This document shows, in pieces, positions 19,297-28,075 of a stretch of DNA of 64,000 nt. The stretch is from an uncultured Bdellovibrio sp. (GTDB lineage Bacteria; Bdellovibrionota; Bdellovibrionia; Bdellovibrionales; Bdellovibrionaceae): assembly GCA_963932905.1 (NCBI GenBank), contig CAWVRN010000022.1, forward strand, positions 11,182 to 75,181, given 5' to 3'. Position 1 is the stretch's first letter, and every line of letters starts with the position of its first letter. The notes under the pieces were generated by a model. It made no database searches. It was not told the origin of the DNA and saw only the letters and a list, made by a program, of their open reading frames with translations. Made by a program: the position numbers and the translations under genes.

Positions 19297-20108
19297 GAAC
19301 CCCAAGCAATAAAATCATTTTAGATTCCTTAGAATTCGCAGCACGCTGGGGCTTTTTGACGCGAGAACTTTTTTTTGATTTTATTTGCCCAATGAGTCAG
19401 GCGCAGCAGTACCGCTATTGGAATTACCTAATGACCTCCGGCTTATTTGTAAAATCCCGACACTCAACGAATAATCTAATTTTAGCAAAGAAGGGACGAG
19501 CGGATTTTGGCAGCTCCGCACGTCCGGCAAGATCACATTTCTATGTCGATCATGACGCACTTGTGGCAAGATTCTTTTTTGCCTTTGAAAATCGAGGCTT
19601 GATCGCGAGCTCTTGGCTTGAAGATGAATTTATGCGTAACCCTGTTGAAGCTTATGACGTTTTGGGTATGCCCCAGATTCAGCGTATACCGGATTTAGTA
19701 TTTGATTTAAAAACAGCGAACGGTTCCACTGTTCGATGCGCATTAGAGATCGAAAAGGTTACAAAATCTCAATCGCGTTATGCAAAAATGGCACTGGCGT
19801 ATTTGAATGCCAGTAAGATTGACGTAATTCTATTTGGTTGTATTCAACCAACAACGGAAAGAATTGTTCAGCGAGCGTTCAACACCGCAGCTCTTTTAGA
19901 ATCTAAGCGAATACCAGGAACATTTTTGCTTGATGAATTCGATCCTGGATCACTTGAAACAAGTTTGAAGTTTCAAAGCAACACAATGAGCATCAAGCGA
20001 TTTGTCGAAGTTGTTACAAAGCAAAGTGTTCCGCAAATGAGAAAATCACGAGAAAAACGCGATTCTGAATTCTCATCAGAAATAAATAAAAAACCGGAGG
20101 CTGCATGA
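19293..20108 (+). CDS. Replication-relaxation (Replic_Relax/MOBL-like) relaxase
   Basis: N-terminal wHTH-like GFLTRE, then HD motif and PD...ALEIEK..KS..RY nuclease core; follows the coupling protein. Confidence 0.7.
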   Translation: MRTPSNKIILDSLEFAARWGFLTRELFFDFICPMSQAQQYRYWNYLMTSGLFVKSRHSTNNLILAKKGRADFGSSARPARSHFYVDHDALVARFFFAFENRGLIASSWLEDEFMRNPVEAYDVLGMPQIQRIPDLVFDLKTANGSTVRCALEIEKVTKSQSRYAKMALAYLNASKIDVILFGCIQPTTERIVQRAFNTAALLESKRIPGTFLLDEFDPGSLETSLKFQSNTMSIKRFVEVVTKQSVPQMRKSREKRDSEFSSEINKKPEAA

Positions 20109-20140
20109 TGACTTTCCAAAGTAAATTCAACATGATCGCG

Positions 20141-20530
20141 CCCACCCAATCCCGTCCCCTTAAATCTACGATTTTTCCTGACCACTCCCACCCAACGATG
20201 TTGGTTGAAAGTGGTCAGGAACCAGGGGACGAGATTGGGTGGAAAACAAAAAATCCAAAAAAAAATAGTAAAAAAGAAATTAGAAGAGAAGAGTACAAAG
20301 CGAAACAAAGAGAATTATATCCGGTAGGCAGATGGAGTCAGCGGCTGTCGATTGCAGAATTAGTGCCGTTTGATGGGTGTGGCTTTGATTGTAATTTTGT
20401 GCAGGGCCTACCAGATATAATTCTCATCGCTCCGTATGATGAGGGATTCCGTACCGTCATCCCTAGGCTTGGATGGGATCACCCTAACGAGTGCCCCGCT
20501 GTTCTCTGTGTCGCGCATAAGCGCGACTTT
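20141..20530. repeat. Nested inverted repeats and hairpins, candidate oriT region
   Basis: 19-bp arms 20142-20160/20224-20242 (1 mismatch); 12-bp arms 20175-20186/20210-20221; 5-bp core hairpin; separate GTCGCGC-ATAA-GCGCGAC at 20510-20527. Confidence 0.7.
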
Positions 20531-20595
20531 TATCAGCACGATCAAGCTACAACCAAAACAGAAAATTCAAATCACAAACCAAAGGAGGTGCCATT

Positions 20596-21009
20596 ATGAA
20601 GGAGGAAAAGGAAGTAAACGATCCAAAACAAGAATCAGACAACATAATCAAGATTACGATCACGAAGGAAGCTGGTGAAACCCTTGCGACGCTCGTAGTT
20701 CGTGCGAACGAAGGGTTTGACGGTGGAAAAATCAATCGCCAAAACCTAGCGAGTTACATCATCGAGAAATACAAAAACAGTTTCTCAGATCGCGAACTGG
20801 CTCATCTGAGGCAGCTTCACTATGACGATGCCGCCATGTTGGAGGCCATGTATAAGAAAATGAAAGAAACTGGCGAGATCCCAGATTTCTTGCGGGAGGC
20901 CCTTAAAAAGCAGTTCCAAGGGAATGACGAGCTGCCCAAACGGAACCGTAAGTCCTTGACTAAGGAGTACATCAATGATGAACTTCGAGAACATGAGGAC
21001 GCAGCATGA
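20596..21009 (+). CDS. Hypothetical protein, possibly ribbon-helix-helix-like relaxosome accessory
   Basis: GGAGGTG SD; strand-helix-helix pattern IIKITITKEAGETLATL...NRQNLASYII. Confidence 0.55.
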   Translation: MKEEKEVNDPKQESDNIIKITITKEAGETLATLVVRANEGFDGGKINRQNLASYIIEKYKNSFSDRELAHLRQLHYDDAAMLEAMYKKMKETGEIPDFLREALKKQFQGNDELPKRNRKSLTKEYINDELREHEDAA

Positions 21010-21260
21010 TTGGATCAGAATTCAAGGCGATAAGAGAAAGGCTCGGCCTATCTCAGGACGAGTTGGCGGTATTGTTATGCCTTTCTGGAAAGCAGGCTGT
21101 CAGCAATATCGAAACTGGATTTCGGAACCCAAGCAAACTTTCGGCGGTCTTGATGCTTGTATTCAACAGTCTTTCGGATGCCAAATTCAAGGAATTGAAA
21201 TCACTTATTCTCAAGCATTCCGATGGCGTTTTGAAGGATTCCAAGCGGAGCAACCGATGA
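21006..21260 (+). CDS. XRE-family HTH transcriptional regulator
   Basis: FKAIRERLGLSQDELAVLL...AVSNIETGFRNP. Confidence 0.88.
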   Translation: MIGSEFKAIRERLGLSQDELAVLLCLSGKQAVSNIETGFRNPSKLSAVLMLVFNSLSDAKFKELKSLILKHSDGVLKDSKRSNR

Positions 21261-21457
21261 CTGCGGGGCGAAAACCAAATCCCTTTTACATCGTAGATTC
21301 AAGCCTTCCAGTGAACCTAATCCCGACGCCGGAATCATCTGATGAGTTCCAAAAGCGTCGCGAAGAAGTGCAAGACATGATTGTCCGAATTCTTCTCACG
21401 GGAAAGAAACGCGGTCGTCCATCTAAGAAGGAGGAAAACATTGAAAACGCAGCTTAA
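21257..21457 (+). CDS. Small basic protein with an AT-hook-like motif
   Basis: ATGA coupling to the XRE gene; KKRGRPSKK; overlaps the recombinase start. Confidence 0.6.
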   Translation: MTAGRKPNPFYIVDSSLPVNLIPTPESSDEFQKRREEVQDMIVRILLTGKKRGRPSKKEENIENAA

Positions 21458-23156
21458 GATAGGAGCTTACCTTCGAGTTTCCACTGATCGCCAAGTTCAG
21501 GTCTTTGAAGGATCTTTAGATACACAAAAATATCGAATGCTGGAGTTCGTGAAAAACAAAAACAAAGAAGTTAAAAACTGGGGTGAAATCGTCGAATTTT
21601 ATGTTGATGAAGGTCTCTCTGCTGGGACAGTCAAAAGACCTCAATACCAGAAGCTCATGACAGACGTTCGCAATGGAAAAGTGAATTTGATTTTAGTGGC
21701 CGACATTTCTCGACTTTCGAGAAGTGTGCATGATTTCAGTATTCTTTTGAAAGAGCTTGAGCAATGCAATGCTAGCTATCTTTCAATGAAAGAGCAATTT
21801 GATACAACGACTCCGGCTGGTCGCCTCATGATAAATATGGTCGTCAATATGGCTCAGTTTGAGCGTGAGCAAACCTCCGAACGAGTATCTATCAATGTCA
21901 GTTCGCGAGCTATGCGCGGCTTTGTTAGCGGTGGCAAAACACCATTCGGTTATGACAGAGACAAAGATCGACCAGGATCATTTTTGGTGAACGAAAAGGA
22001 AGCGAAAGACATTCGCACAGTATTTCGCGTGTTTTTGGAGCAAGGTAGCGTTGGAAAAACTATTCCAGTCATTGAGGCACTCGGGATTTTTCCGCGACCA
22101 GCGAAGTCAAAGAAAGATGGGCTTGTATCCAAGAAGTGGGGATATGACCAGTTGAAGGACTTGTTGTCGAATCCGGCCTATATTGGAATTAAGGAAGTAA
22201 ACAAGAAGCAACGAAACAGTGACCCCGATACATTGAAACCATGGCAAACGTACCAGCAAGTTAAAGCTTCGTGGCCTGCAATAGTAAAAGAGAATGAATA
22301 TCGAGAAGTTCAGAATATTCTCGAAGAAAATCTACAAATCGAAAGACGACGTGTTGAAGGGAGCGAGCGACGCATCTTTCTTCTGTCTGGAATTTTACAA
22401 TGTGGGGAATGTGGTAGAGCTTTAACAGGACAATCCTCGCATGGATCGCAGAATGTTCATCGCTATTACGCCCATGTAGAAAAACGAATTAGCAATGTTA
22501 GTTGCGCCGTTAAAAGACTTCGTGCTGATGAGGTTGAGCAAGCAGTAGTTAATCACTTCACCGAGGCTGTAAGCCGAGCTAGATATTTTGATAATCTTGA
22601 AATGAAGTTGGCCGAAAGTACAAAGGGTGAACCTGCGCGAATCAAGGAAGAAATTGATCGTGCTAAAGAGGCATTGGCAAATCTAGAAAAGGAAATCGCC
22701 GCCACTTTCCGGTTCCAACTTCAATCGGCTGGTGGAACTGAGGCGGCTCACCTTACCGCCCAACATTTGGAAAAATTAGGTCGAGACAAGAAGATCGTAA
22801 TGAATCGTATGTTGGAGTTGGAAGAAATTGAACATTCACAGAAAGACTCCGCCGGATTGAGAAATGTCATTGAAATCAACATGAAGGAACTCAAGAGATG
22901 TTTTCATAAGGCAACGCCTGCGACCAAGCGACGACTCATCAGAAAAGTTTTATGGAAATTGGTTTATCAACCAAAGGGTTTGGACGCTTATTTTAATTTT
23001 GAAGAAGGCCATAGCAGCTTGAAACCAGCATCTGGCGAATCCGGCGAAATGGGCAAACTGGTGCCTTTTAAACAAAAAAAGCAGGCTGAACCTGCTTTGA
23101 ATCTCTCGTTTGAATTTTTGCGAGTTGAAGGAATTGGATGGGGTAGCAGGACTTGA
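21441..23156 (+). CDS. Large serine recombinase (integrase)
   Basis: YLRVST catalytic Ser, RPQYQ, DISRLSRS, AQFERE, PFGY, LSNPAYIG, zinc ribbon LLSGILQCGECG, coiled coil; TTG start after GGAGG. Confidence 0.95.
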   Translation: MKTQLKIGAYLRVSTDRQVQVFEGSLDTQKYRMLEFVKNKNKEVKNWGEIVEFYVDEGLSAGTVKRPQYQKLMTDVRNGKVNLILVADISRLSRSVHDFSILLKELEQCNASYLSMKEQFDTTTPAGRLMINMVVNMAQFEREQTSERVSINVSSRAMRGFVSGGKTPFGYDRDKDRPGSFLVNEKEAKDIRTVFRVFLEQGSVGKTIPVIEALGIFPRPAKSKKDGLVSKKWGYDQLKDLLSNPAYIGIKEVNKKQRNSDPDTLKPWQTYQQVKASWPAIVKENEYREVQNILEENLQIERRRVEGSERRIFLLSGILQCGECGRALTGQSSHGSQNVHRYYAHVEKRISNVSCAVKRLRADEVEQAVVNHFTEAVSRARYFDNLEMKLAESTKGEPARIKEEIDRAKEALANLEKEIAATFRFQLQSAGGTEAAHLTAQHLEKLGRDKKIVMNRMLELEEIEHSQKDSAGLRNVIEINMKELKRCFHKATPATKRRLIRKVLWKLVYQPKGLDAYFNFEEGHSSLKPASGESGEMGKLVPFKQKKQAEPALNLSFEFLRVEGIGWGSRT

Positions 23157-23210
23157 ACCTGCGAATGATAGAATCAAAATCTATTGCCTTACCAACTTGG
23201 CGATACCCCA
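23135..23210 (-). tRNA. tRNA-Gln (UUG)
   Basis: TGGGGTATCGCCAAGTTGGTAAGGCAATAGATTTTGATTCTATCATTCGCAGGTTCAAGTCCTGCTACCCCATCCA; all four stems pair, anticodon TTG, CCA encoded. Confidence 0.96.
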
Positions 23211-23305
23211 ACATAGAAATGACTTGTCTAGTAGTATTGAAAATCAAACGAAATGACAAGGGTTTTTTCGGCCCTTGTCCACTTAAAATGGGTATCGCTG
23301 ATAAA

Positions 23306-24751
23306 CTAATCAGCGATGGTAACTACGATGATGCGGTTTCCACGGGCAATGCGGAATGTGTTTGCCTTCTGTTTAAGCTTGGCAAATACATCTTTGGCTG
23401 TTGTGACCTCTTCTTTATTTACGTCTAAAATCAAATCTCCGGCTCTTAAGCCTGCCAATGACGCCATTGTCCCCTGTTCTACCTGGATAATGATTGGTTT
23501 TTTGACCTCGGGTGGGACATCCCATTGGTCCCTTAAGTTGTCATCGAGGTCGGCCAGCGTAAACCCGAAATTGTTCGGGGCCTTCTGACCTGGGGGTAGT
23601 TTTTGGCTTTTGCTTATTTTTTGGGCTAATCTTTGGTCGGATGGGCGTTCAGCGATTTGAACGTTGAGGTTTACTTTTTTGCGGTCACGTTGAACCACCA
23701 TTTTTACTTTTTCGCCTATTTTGCTATCCGCGACCGCATCCATCATGTCTGTCGAAGATTTGATTTTGCGGCCACCAACTTCAATTACTATATCATAGGG
23801 TTTTAATCCCGCCATATTCGCTGGCCCGCCGGCCTCTACGCCCACGATCACCGCTCCGCCGGACTCTTCATCCAATCCTACATGTGTCGCTGCCTCAGGA
23901 TCCAAATCGCCCAAGCTTACACCGATGTATCCCTTACGAATGCTGCCTCTAGATTCTAAATCAGGCAGGATTTTTTTCACGTCATCGATGGGAATTGCAA
24001 ATCCGATCCCTTGTGCGCGGGCGTCGATCGCTTGATTGATACCGATCACGTAACCTTTCGAGTTAACCAATGGGCCACCGGAATTTCCCGGATTAATGCT
24101 GGCGTCCGTTTGTAATAGCGGAACCTTATTAATTTCTCCTAGTGATCGGCCCATTGAACTGATGATTCCCTTTGTCATGCTGTGACCATGGCCGAATGGA
24201 TTACCGAAGGCGGCGACCCATTCTCCGACTTGAATATCTTTGCTGGTACCCAAAGAGACTGCCGGCAGTTTGTTGCCCGCATCGATCTTGATCAATGCGA
24301 TATCCAAACGCGCATCCGATCCTATCAGTTTTGCATCGTACGTTTTTTCTGAATTTTCAGTTAGCTGAACTTGGATTAAGTCAGCACCTTGTACGACGTG
24401 GTTATTTGTTAGAATCAAACCATCTTCACGGATGATGAAACCCGTTCCTAATGACAGTTTCTGAGGTTTATTTGTGCGCGGCTGTTGTTGCGGGCGCACG
24501 CCGTAGAACTGTTCAAACAGTTCCATCATTGGATCACGCAGTCGTGCCCCGCGCGCAATCGCGCTGGTGGAAATATTGACCACGGCAGGGTTTACGTTTT
24601 TAGCCAGTTCGATAAATAAATTTGCTGGCAATGGATCCGACAACTTTAAGGGAGGGGGCGGCTTCGAAGTAAACTGAGCTTCCGTATTGTAAGAAAAAAG
24701 ACCGTAAGCCAAAACAACTAATAGAACCAGCGACGTGGACAGCTTTTTCAT
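23306..24751 (-). CDS. degP: DegP/HtrA serine protease with two PDZ domains
   Basis: LGTGFII, TNNHVV, DIALIK, QTDASINPGNSGGPL; GGAGG SD before ATG 24751. Confidence 0.93.
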   Translation of the reverse strand: MKKLSTSLVLLVVLAYGLFSYNTEAQFTSKPPPPLKLSDPLPANLFIELAKNVNPAVVNISTSAIARGARLRDPMMELFEQFYGVRPQQQPRTNKPQKLSLGTGFIIREDGLILTNNHVVQGADLIQVQLTENSEKTYDAKLIGSDARLDIALIKIDAGNKLPAVSLGTSKDIQVGEWVAAFGNPFGHGHSMTKGIISSMGRSLGEINKVPLLQTDASINPGNSGGPLVNSKGYVIGINQAIDARAQGIGFAIPIDDVKKILPDLESRGSIRKGYIGVSLGDLDPEAATHVGLDEESGGAVIVGVEAGGPANMAGLKPYDIVIEVGGRKIKSSTDMMDAVADSKIGEKVKMVVQRDRKKVNLNVQIAERPSDQRLAQKISKSQKLPPGQKAPNNFGFTLADLDDNLRDQWDVPPEVKKPIIIQVEQGTMASLAGLRAGDLILDVNKEEVTTAKDVFAKLKQKANTFRIARGNRIIVVTIAD

Positions 24752-24951
24752 TTTTATTCCTCCAAATGAATGCTCAGGATTTACTTTGTTAACATAAGTA
24801 TGCAAATCCGATGCGCAAGGTTTAGAAGTAATAAAATTTATTGAAAATGACAATTTAGCTATTTAATTAGCTTTGGGCGTTAGTGGTCCAGTCTGAAATG
24901 GATGGCCTAGTTTCGTTTCGGATCCACCCATTTTGGCTCTGTCTCTGAATT

Positions 24952-25200
24952 TTACATTTGGACAAAGCGAGTTTGCAAATCTTGAATTAGGCTTGCGATT
25001 AGGTGGGATTCATCGTCTGTTAGGTTTGATTTTGTTTTTTCACGTAACATCATCAGTAAATCGATGTTAAATTTAGCCATGTTTTTGTCGACGCGCGTTT
25101 CCCCCGTTTCTTGATCGGGGGCTAGGCCCAATGACATCGCCGCAGATGAGGCAATTGATAGTACCAGTGATGAAAAATCGGCTTTGATCTGATCTGACAT
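24952..25200 (-). CDS. DUF1844 family protein
   Basis: FSSLVLS..SSA...LG...AKFNIDLL.ML.EKTK.NL pattern. Confidence 0.8.
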   Translation of the reverse strand: MSDQIKADFSSLVLSIASSAAMSLGLAPDQETGETRVDKNMAKFNIDLLMMLREKTKSNLTDDESHLIASLIQDLQTRFVQM

Positions 25201-25234
25201 TTAAAAAGTCTCCCTTGCCCTTTATTTATAAAGA

Positions 25235-26068
25235 TTAAAGCGGACTGTGTCCAATTAAATGAACAATTCGGCGTTGCACACTGGGGTGAATGCGTTCGAA
25301 AAAACTCTGTAATTGATAGGACGGGTGCACCAAAAATAAATGTGCGGTTCCTTCGGGAATTGTGTCTGGCAAGGTTTTCGAATAACCATCTAATTTCCAA
25401 AGCAATTCACAGAATTGGCGTTTGTCTTTCAAAACTTCGCAGCATAATCGATCATTGCGATAATAGGAATCTGTGTTCGCGATCGATTTCACTAATGCCC
25501 AGATGAGCGGTTTTGAAATCGCTGAAAATAATATGAAATTATTTTTGAAAACAAATTTTAGAAAAATAACTTGATCCAAAAAATAGGCAAATCCAGCGAT
25601 CGTGTTCGCCAGCACGCTGACCACACCAAAGGCAAAGGAATCCATTTTTTTAATTTGGCACAGGCATAGTAAAATCACTTGTTCTAATTCTGCGCGCGAC
25701 AAATGATTAACGCTGCCACTGGAAATAAAAATCGTAGGAGAGTTCCAAAATAGACCCAGTGTGAATGAATTGATCGATTCCGATTCGTAAATTCTGATTT
25801 TTGGTTTTTCCATTTTTAATTGTTCGCACAAAACATCGCGAACTCGCAAAGCGCCGTAAGGATCCTGGCCTTTGAGTTCTGTGGATTTAAAGAAATTGTA
25901 TAACTTGAAATCCCCGTAAATAAATATAAGTACGTTAAAAAACAGCGAAAAGAAAAATCCAACGATCAAACCCAGGCGCCCAAATGCTGAGTAACCATAA
26001 AATAGTAACGAGATACTTGATACCAGTATGAACAGCCAGACTTTTGTCGAATTTGAAAACGTCACCAT
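25235..26068 (-). CDS. HtpX/M48-like membrane protein with a degenerate zinc motif
   Basis: HtpX-like N-terminus, P.IRIYES..INSF, LSRAELEQVI, HPSVQRRI; the HExxH position reads LCLCQ. Confidence 0.7.
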   Translation of the reverse strand: MVTFSNSTKVWLFILVSSISLLFYGYSAFGRLGLIVGFFFSLFFNVLIFIYGDFKLYNFFKSTELKGQDPYGALRVRDVLCEQLKMEKPKIRIYESESINSFTLGLFWNSPTIFISSGSVNHLSRAELEQVILLCLCQIKKMDSFAFGVVSVLANTIAGFAYFLDQVIFLKFVFKNNFILFSAISKPLIWALVKSIANTDSYYRNDRLCCEVLKDKRQFCELLWKLDGYSKTLPDTIPEGTAHLFLVHPSYQLQSFFERIHPSVQRRIVHLIGHSPL

Positions 26069-26219
26069 ACGGATATTATTCTACTGCGTGAAATTTTAAG
26101 CAACAAAATTTCCTTAGGCGTCATACCTATACCTGGATGATTTTATTTATATTTTCATGAATTCTAAAGCATACTTAATTAGTTAGATTTTCAAATCATA
26201 CATTTGTGAAGGATTAAGG

Positions 26220-27212
26220 ATGGAAGTAGATATCTTAGCGTTGAATGCGGCGATCAAACAGGAAAGTCAGTTCATCGAAAAAATGAAAGTAGAAATCAAC
26301 AAAGTCATCGTTGGACAAAGTGAGATGGTCGACGGGATTTTGATGGGCCTATTAACGGGGGGTCACATTCTTCTGGAAGGTGTTCCTGGTTTAGCGAAAA
26401 CGTTAACGATTTCTTCCGTGGCGCAATCGATCTCGTTAGATTTCAAACGTATTCAATTCACTCCGGATTTATTACCTACGGATTTAATCGGTACGATGAT
26501 CTTTAATCCTCAATCGGGTGAATTTGCTCCGAAAAAAGGTCCCGTATTCACGAACATTTGTTTAGCGGATGAAATCAATCGTGCGCCTGCCAAAGTACAA
26601 TCGGCATTGCTTGAAGCCATGGCTGAAAAACAAGTCACCATTGGCGAGCAGTCCTACAAACTAGAAGCGCCGTTCTTGGTATTGGCAACACAAAACCCAT
26701 TGGAACAAGAAGGTACGTATCCGCTGCCGGAAGCCCAAATGGATCGTTTCATGTTTAAGATCAATGTGAAATACCCAACCAAAGGTGACGAATTAGAAAT
26801 TCTGAATCGCATGGGCAAAAATGATAAACCAAAAATCAATTCTGTTATCACAAAAGAAGATTTACTGCGCGCCAGTGAAAAGGCCGATCAAATATACGTA
26901 GATCAAAAAATTAAAAACTACATTGTTGATATTGTCATGGCTTCGCGCGAACCGTCTCGATATGGACTAAGCAAGATTGCGAATTTAATTAACGTTGGAG
27001 CGTCGCCACGTGCGACGATCAGTTTGCTTCGCGCGGCTAAAGCGCACGCGTTTTTAAAAGCACGCGGGTATGTGACGGCCGAAGATATCAAAGCGATCGC
27101 GTATCACGTTCTACGTCATCGTTTGATTCTGACTTATGAGGCCGAAGCGGAAAATATCAGAACGGATGATATCATCAAAGACATCTTAGCCCAAATTGAA
27201 GTTCCAGCATGA
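26220..27212 (+). CDS. moxR: MoxR-family AAA+ ATPase
   Basis: HILLEGVPGLAKT, RIQFTPDLLP, LADEINRAPAKVQSALLEAM, EGTYPLPEAQMDRF. Confidence 0.96.
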   Translation: MEVDILALNAAIKQESQFIEKMKVEINKVIVGQSEMVDGILMGLLTGGHILLEGVPGLAKTLTISSVAQSISLDFKRIQFTPDLLPTDLIGTMIFNPQSGEFAPKKGPVFTNICLADEINRAPAKVQSALLEAMAEKQVTIGEQSYKLEAPFLVLATQNPLEQEGTYPLPEAQMDRFMFKINVKYPTKGDELEILNRMGKNDKPKINSVITKEDLLRASEKADQIYVDQKIKNYIVDIVMASREPSRYGLSKIANLINVGASPRATISLLRAAKAHAFLKARGYVTAEDIKAIAYHVLRHRLILTYEAEAENIRTDDIIKDILAQIEVPA

Positions 27213-28075
27213 TTCCAAAAGAGATACTCAAGAAAGTTAAACTGATTGAAATCCAGACTAAAAAAATGGTGAACAACATTTTTTCAGGCGAGTATCATAC
27301 GCACTTTAAAGGCCAGGGCATGACATTTTCTGATTTCAGAGAATACGTGCCCGGCGATGACGTGCGATCCATCTCTTGGCCATTAACTGCTCGTACGGGA
27401 AAAACGTTCGTGAAGACTTACGAAGAAGAACGGGAATTGTCTGTAATTTTGGCGGTGGACATCAGTGCCTCAACCGATTTTGGTTCTGGCAAATACGTCA
27501 AGGGCGAAGTGATCGTGTACTTGTCGGCACTATTGGCGTACGCAACGGAAAAGAACAAAGATAAAGTCGGATTGATTTTATTTTCTGATCGAGTCGAACA
27601 TTTTGTGCCACCGAAAAAAGGCCGCGGTCATATGCAACGCTTGCTACGTGATTTATTATATTATAAACCGGTGGGCAGAAAAACAAATTTGTCTTCGACC
27701 GCAGCGTTCTTGCAGGGGTATTTAAAGAAACGCGCGACTGTGTTTTTTATGAGCGATTTTTTCGATCAAAACTATGAACAGAGTTTAAGATTGCTAGCTA
27801 AAAAACATGAAGTCATCGCCTGCGTCGTGAATGATCCCGTGGAAGAAAATTTTCCGGATTTGGGTTTGATTGAATTTGAAGATGCAGAGACGGGTGAACG
27901 TATGTTGCTGGACACAACGTCCGTGTTCACGAAAGAAAAAGTAAAACGTAATTTTTATTTTCAAAATGAAGCGCGCGATAAAATGTTAAAAAAATCGCAG
28001 GTCGACAAAATAGTGATTTCGACTCAAGGGGATTTTGTTCAGCCCTTGATAGCGTATTTTAAAAGAAAGAAATAA
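27209..28075 (+). CDS. DUF58 family vWA-like protein
   Basis: GQGMTFSDFREYVPGDDVRSI.W and VDISAS. Confidence 0.92.
   Translation: MIPKEILKKVKLIEIQTKKMVNNIFSGEYHTHFKGQGMTFSDFREYVPGDDVRSISWPLTARTGKTFVKTYEEERELSVILAVDISASTDFGSGKYVKGEVIVYLSALLAYATEKNKDKVGLILFSDRVEHFVPPKKGRGHMQRLLRDLLYYKPVGRKTNLSSTAAFLQGYLKKRATVFFMSDFFDQNYEQSLRLLAKKHEVIACVVNDPVEENFPDLGLIEFEDAETGERMLLDTTSVFTKEKVKRNFYFQNEARDKMLKKSQVDKIVISTQGDFVQPLIAYFKRKK

Larger units (their letters stand above)
3297..23156. mobile_element. Integrative conjugative element core; right end at tRNA-Gln, left end not located
   Basis: T4SS, coupling protein, relaxase and serine integrase abutting a tRNA 3' end; no second att copy recognised in the window. 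Confidence 0.85.

Noticed and set aside
20105..20599. 164-aa ORF between relaxase and the RHH-like gene
   Set aside because: It runs through nested inverted repeats and an A-tract and has no recognisable motif; more likely non-coding, although its ends do overlap both neighbours so translation is not excluded.
20975..21256. N-terminal extension of the 160-aa ORF 20975-21457
   Set aside because: It overlaps the XRE gene in another frame; ATG 21257 with ATGA coupling is the better start.
23068..23428. ORFs 23068-23259 and 23153-23428
   Set aside because: They overlap the tRNA and degP; shadow ORFs.
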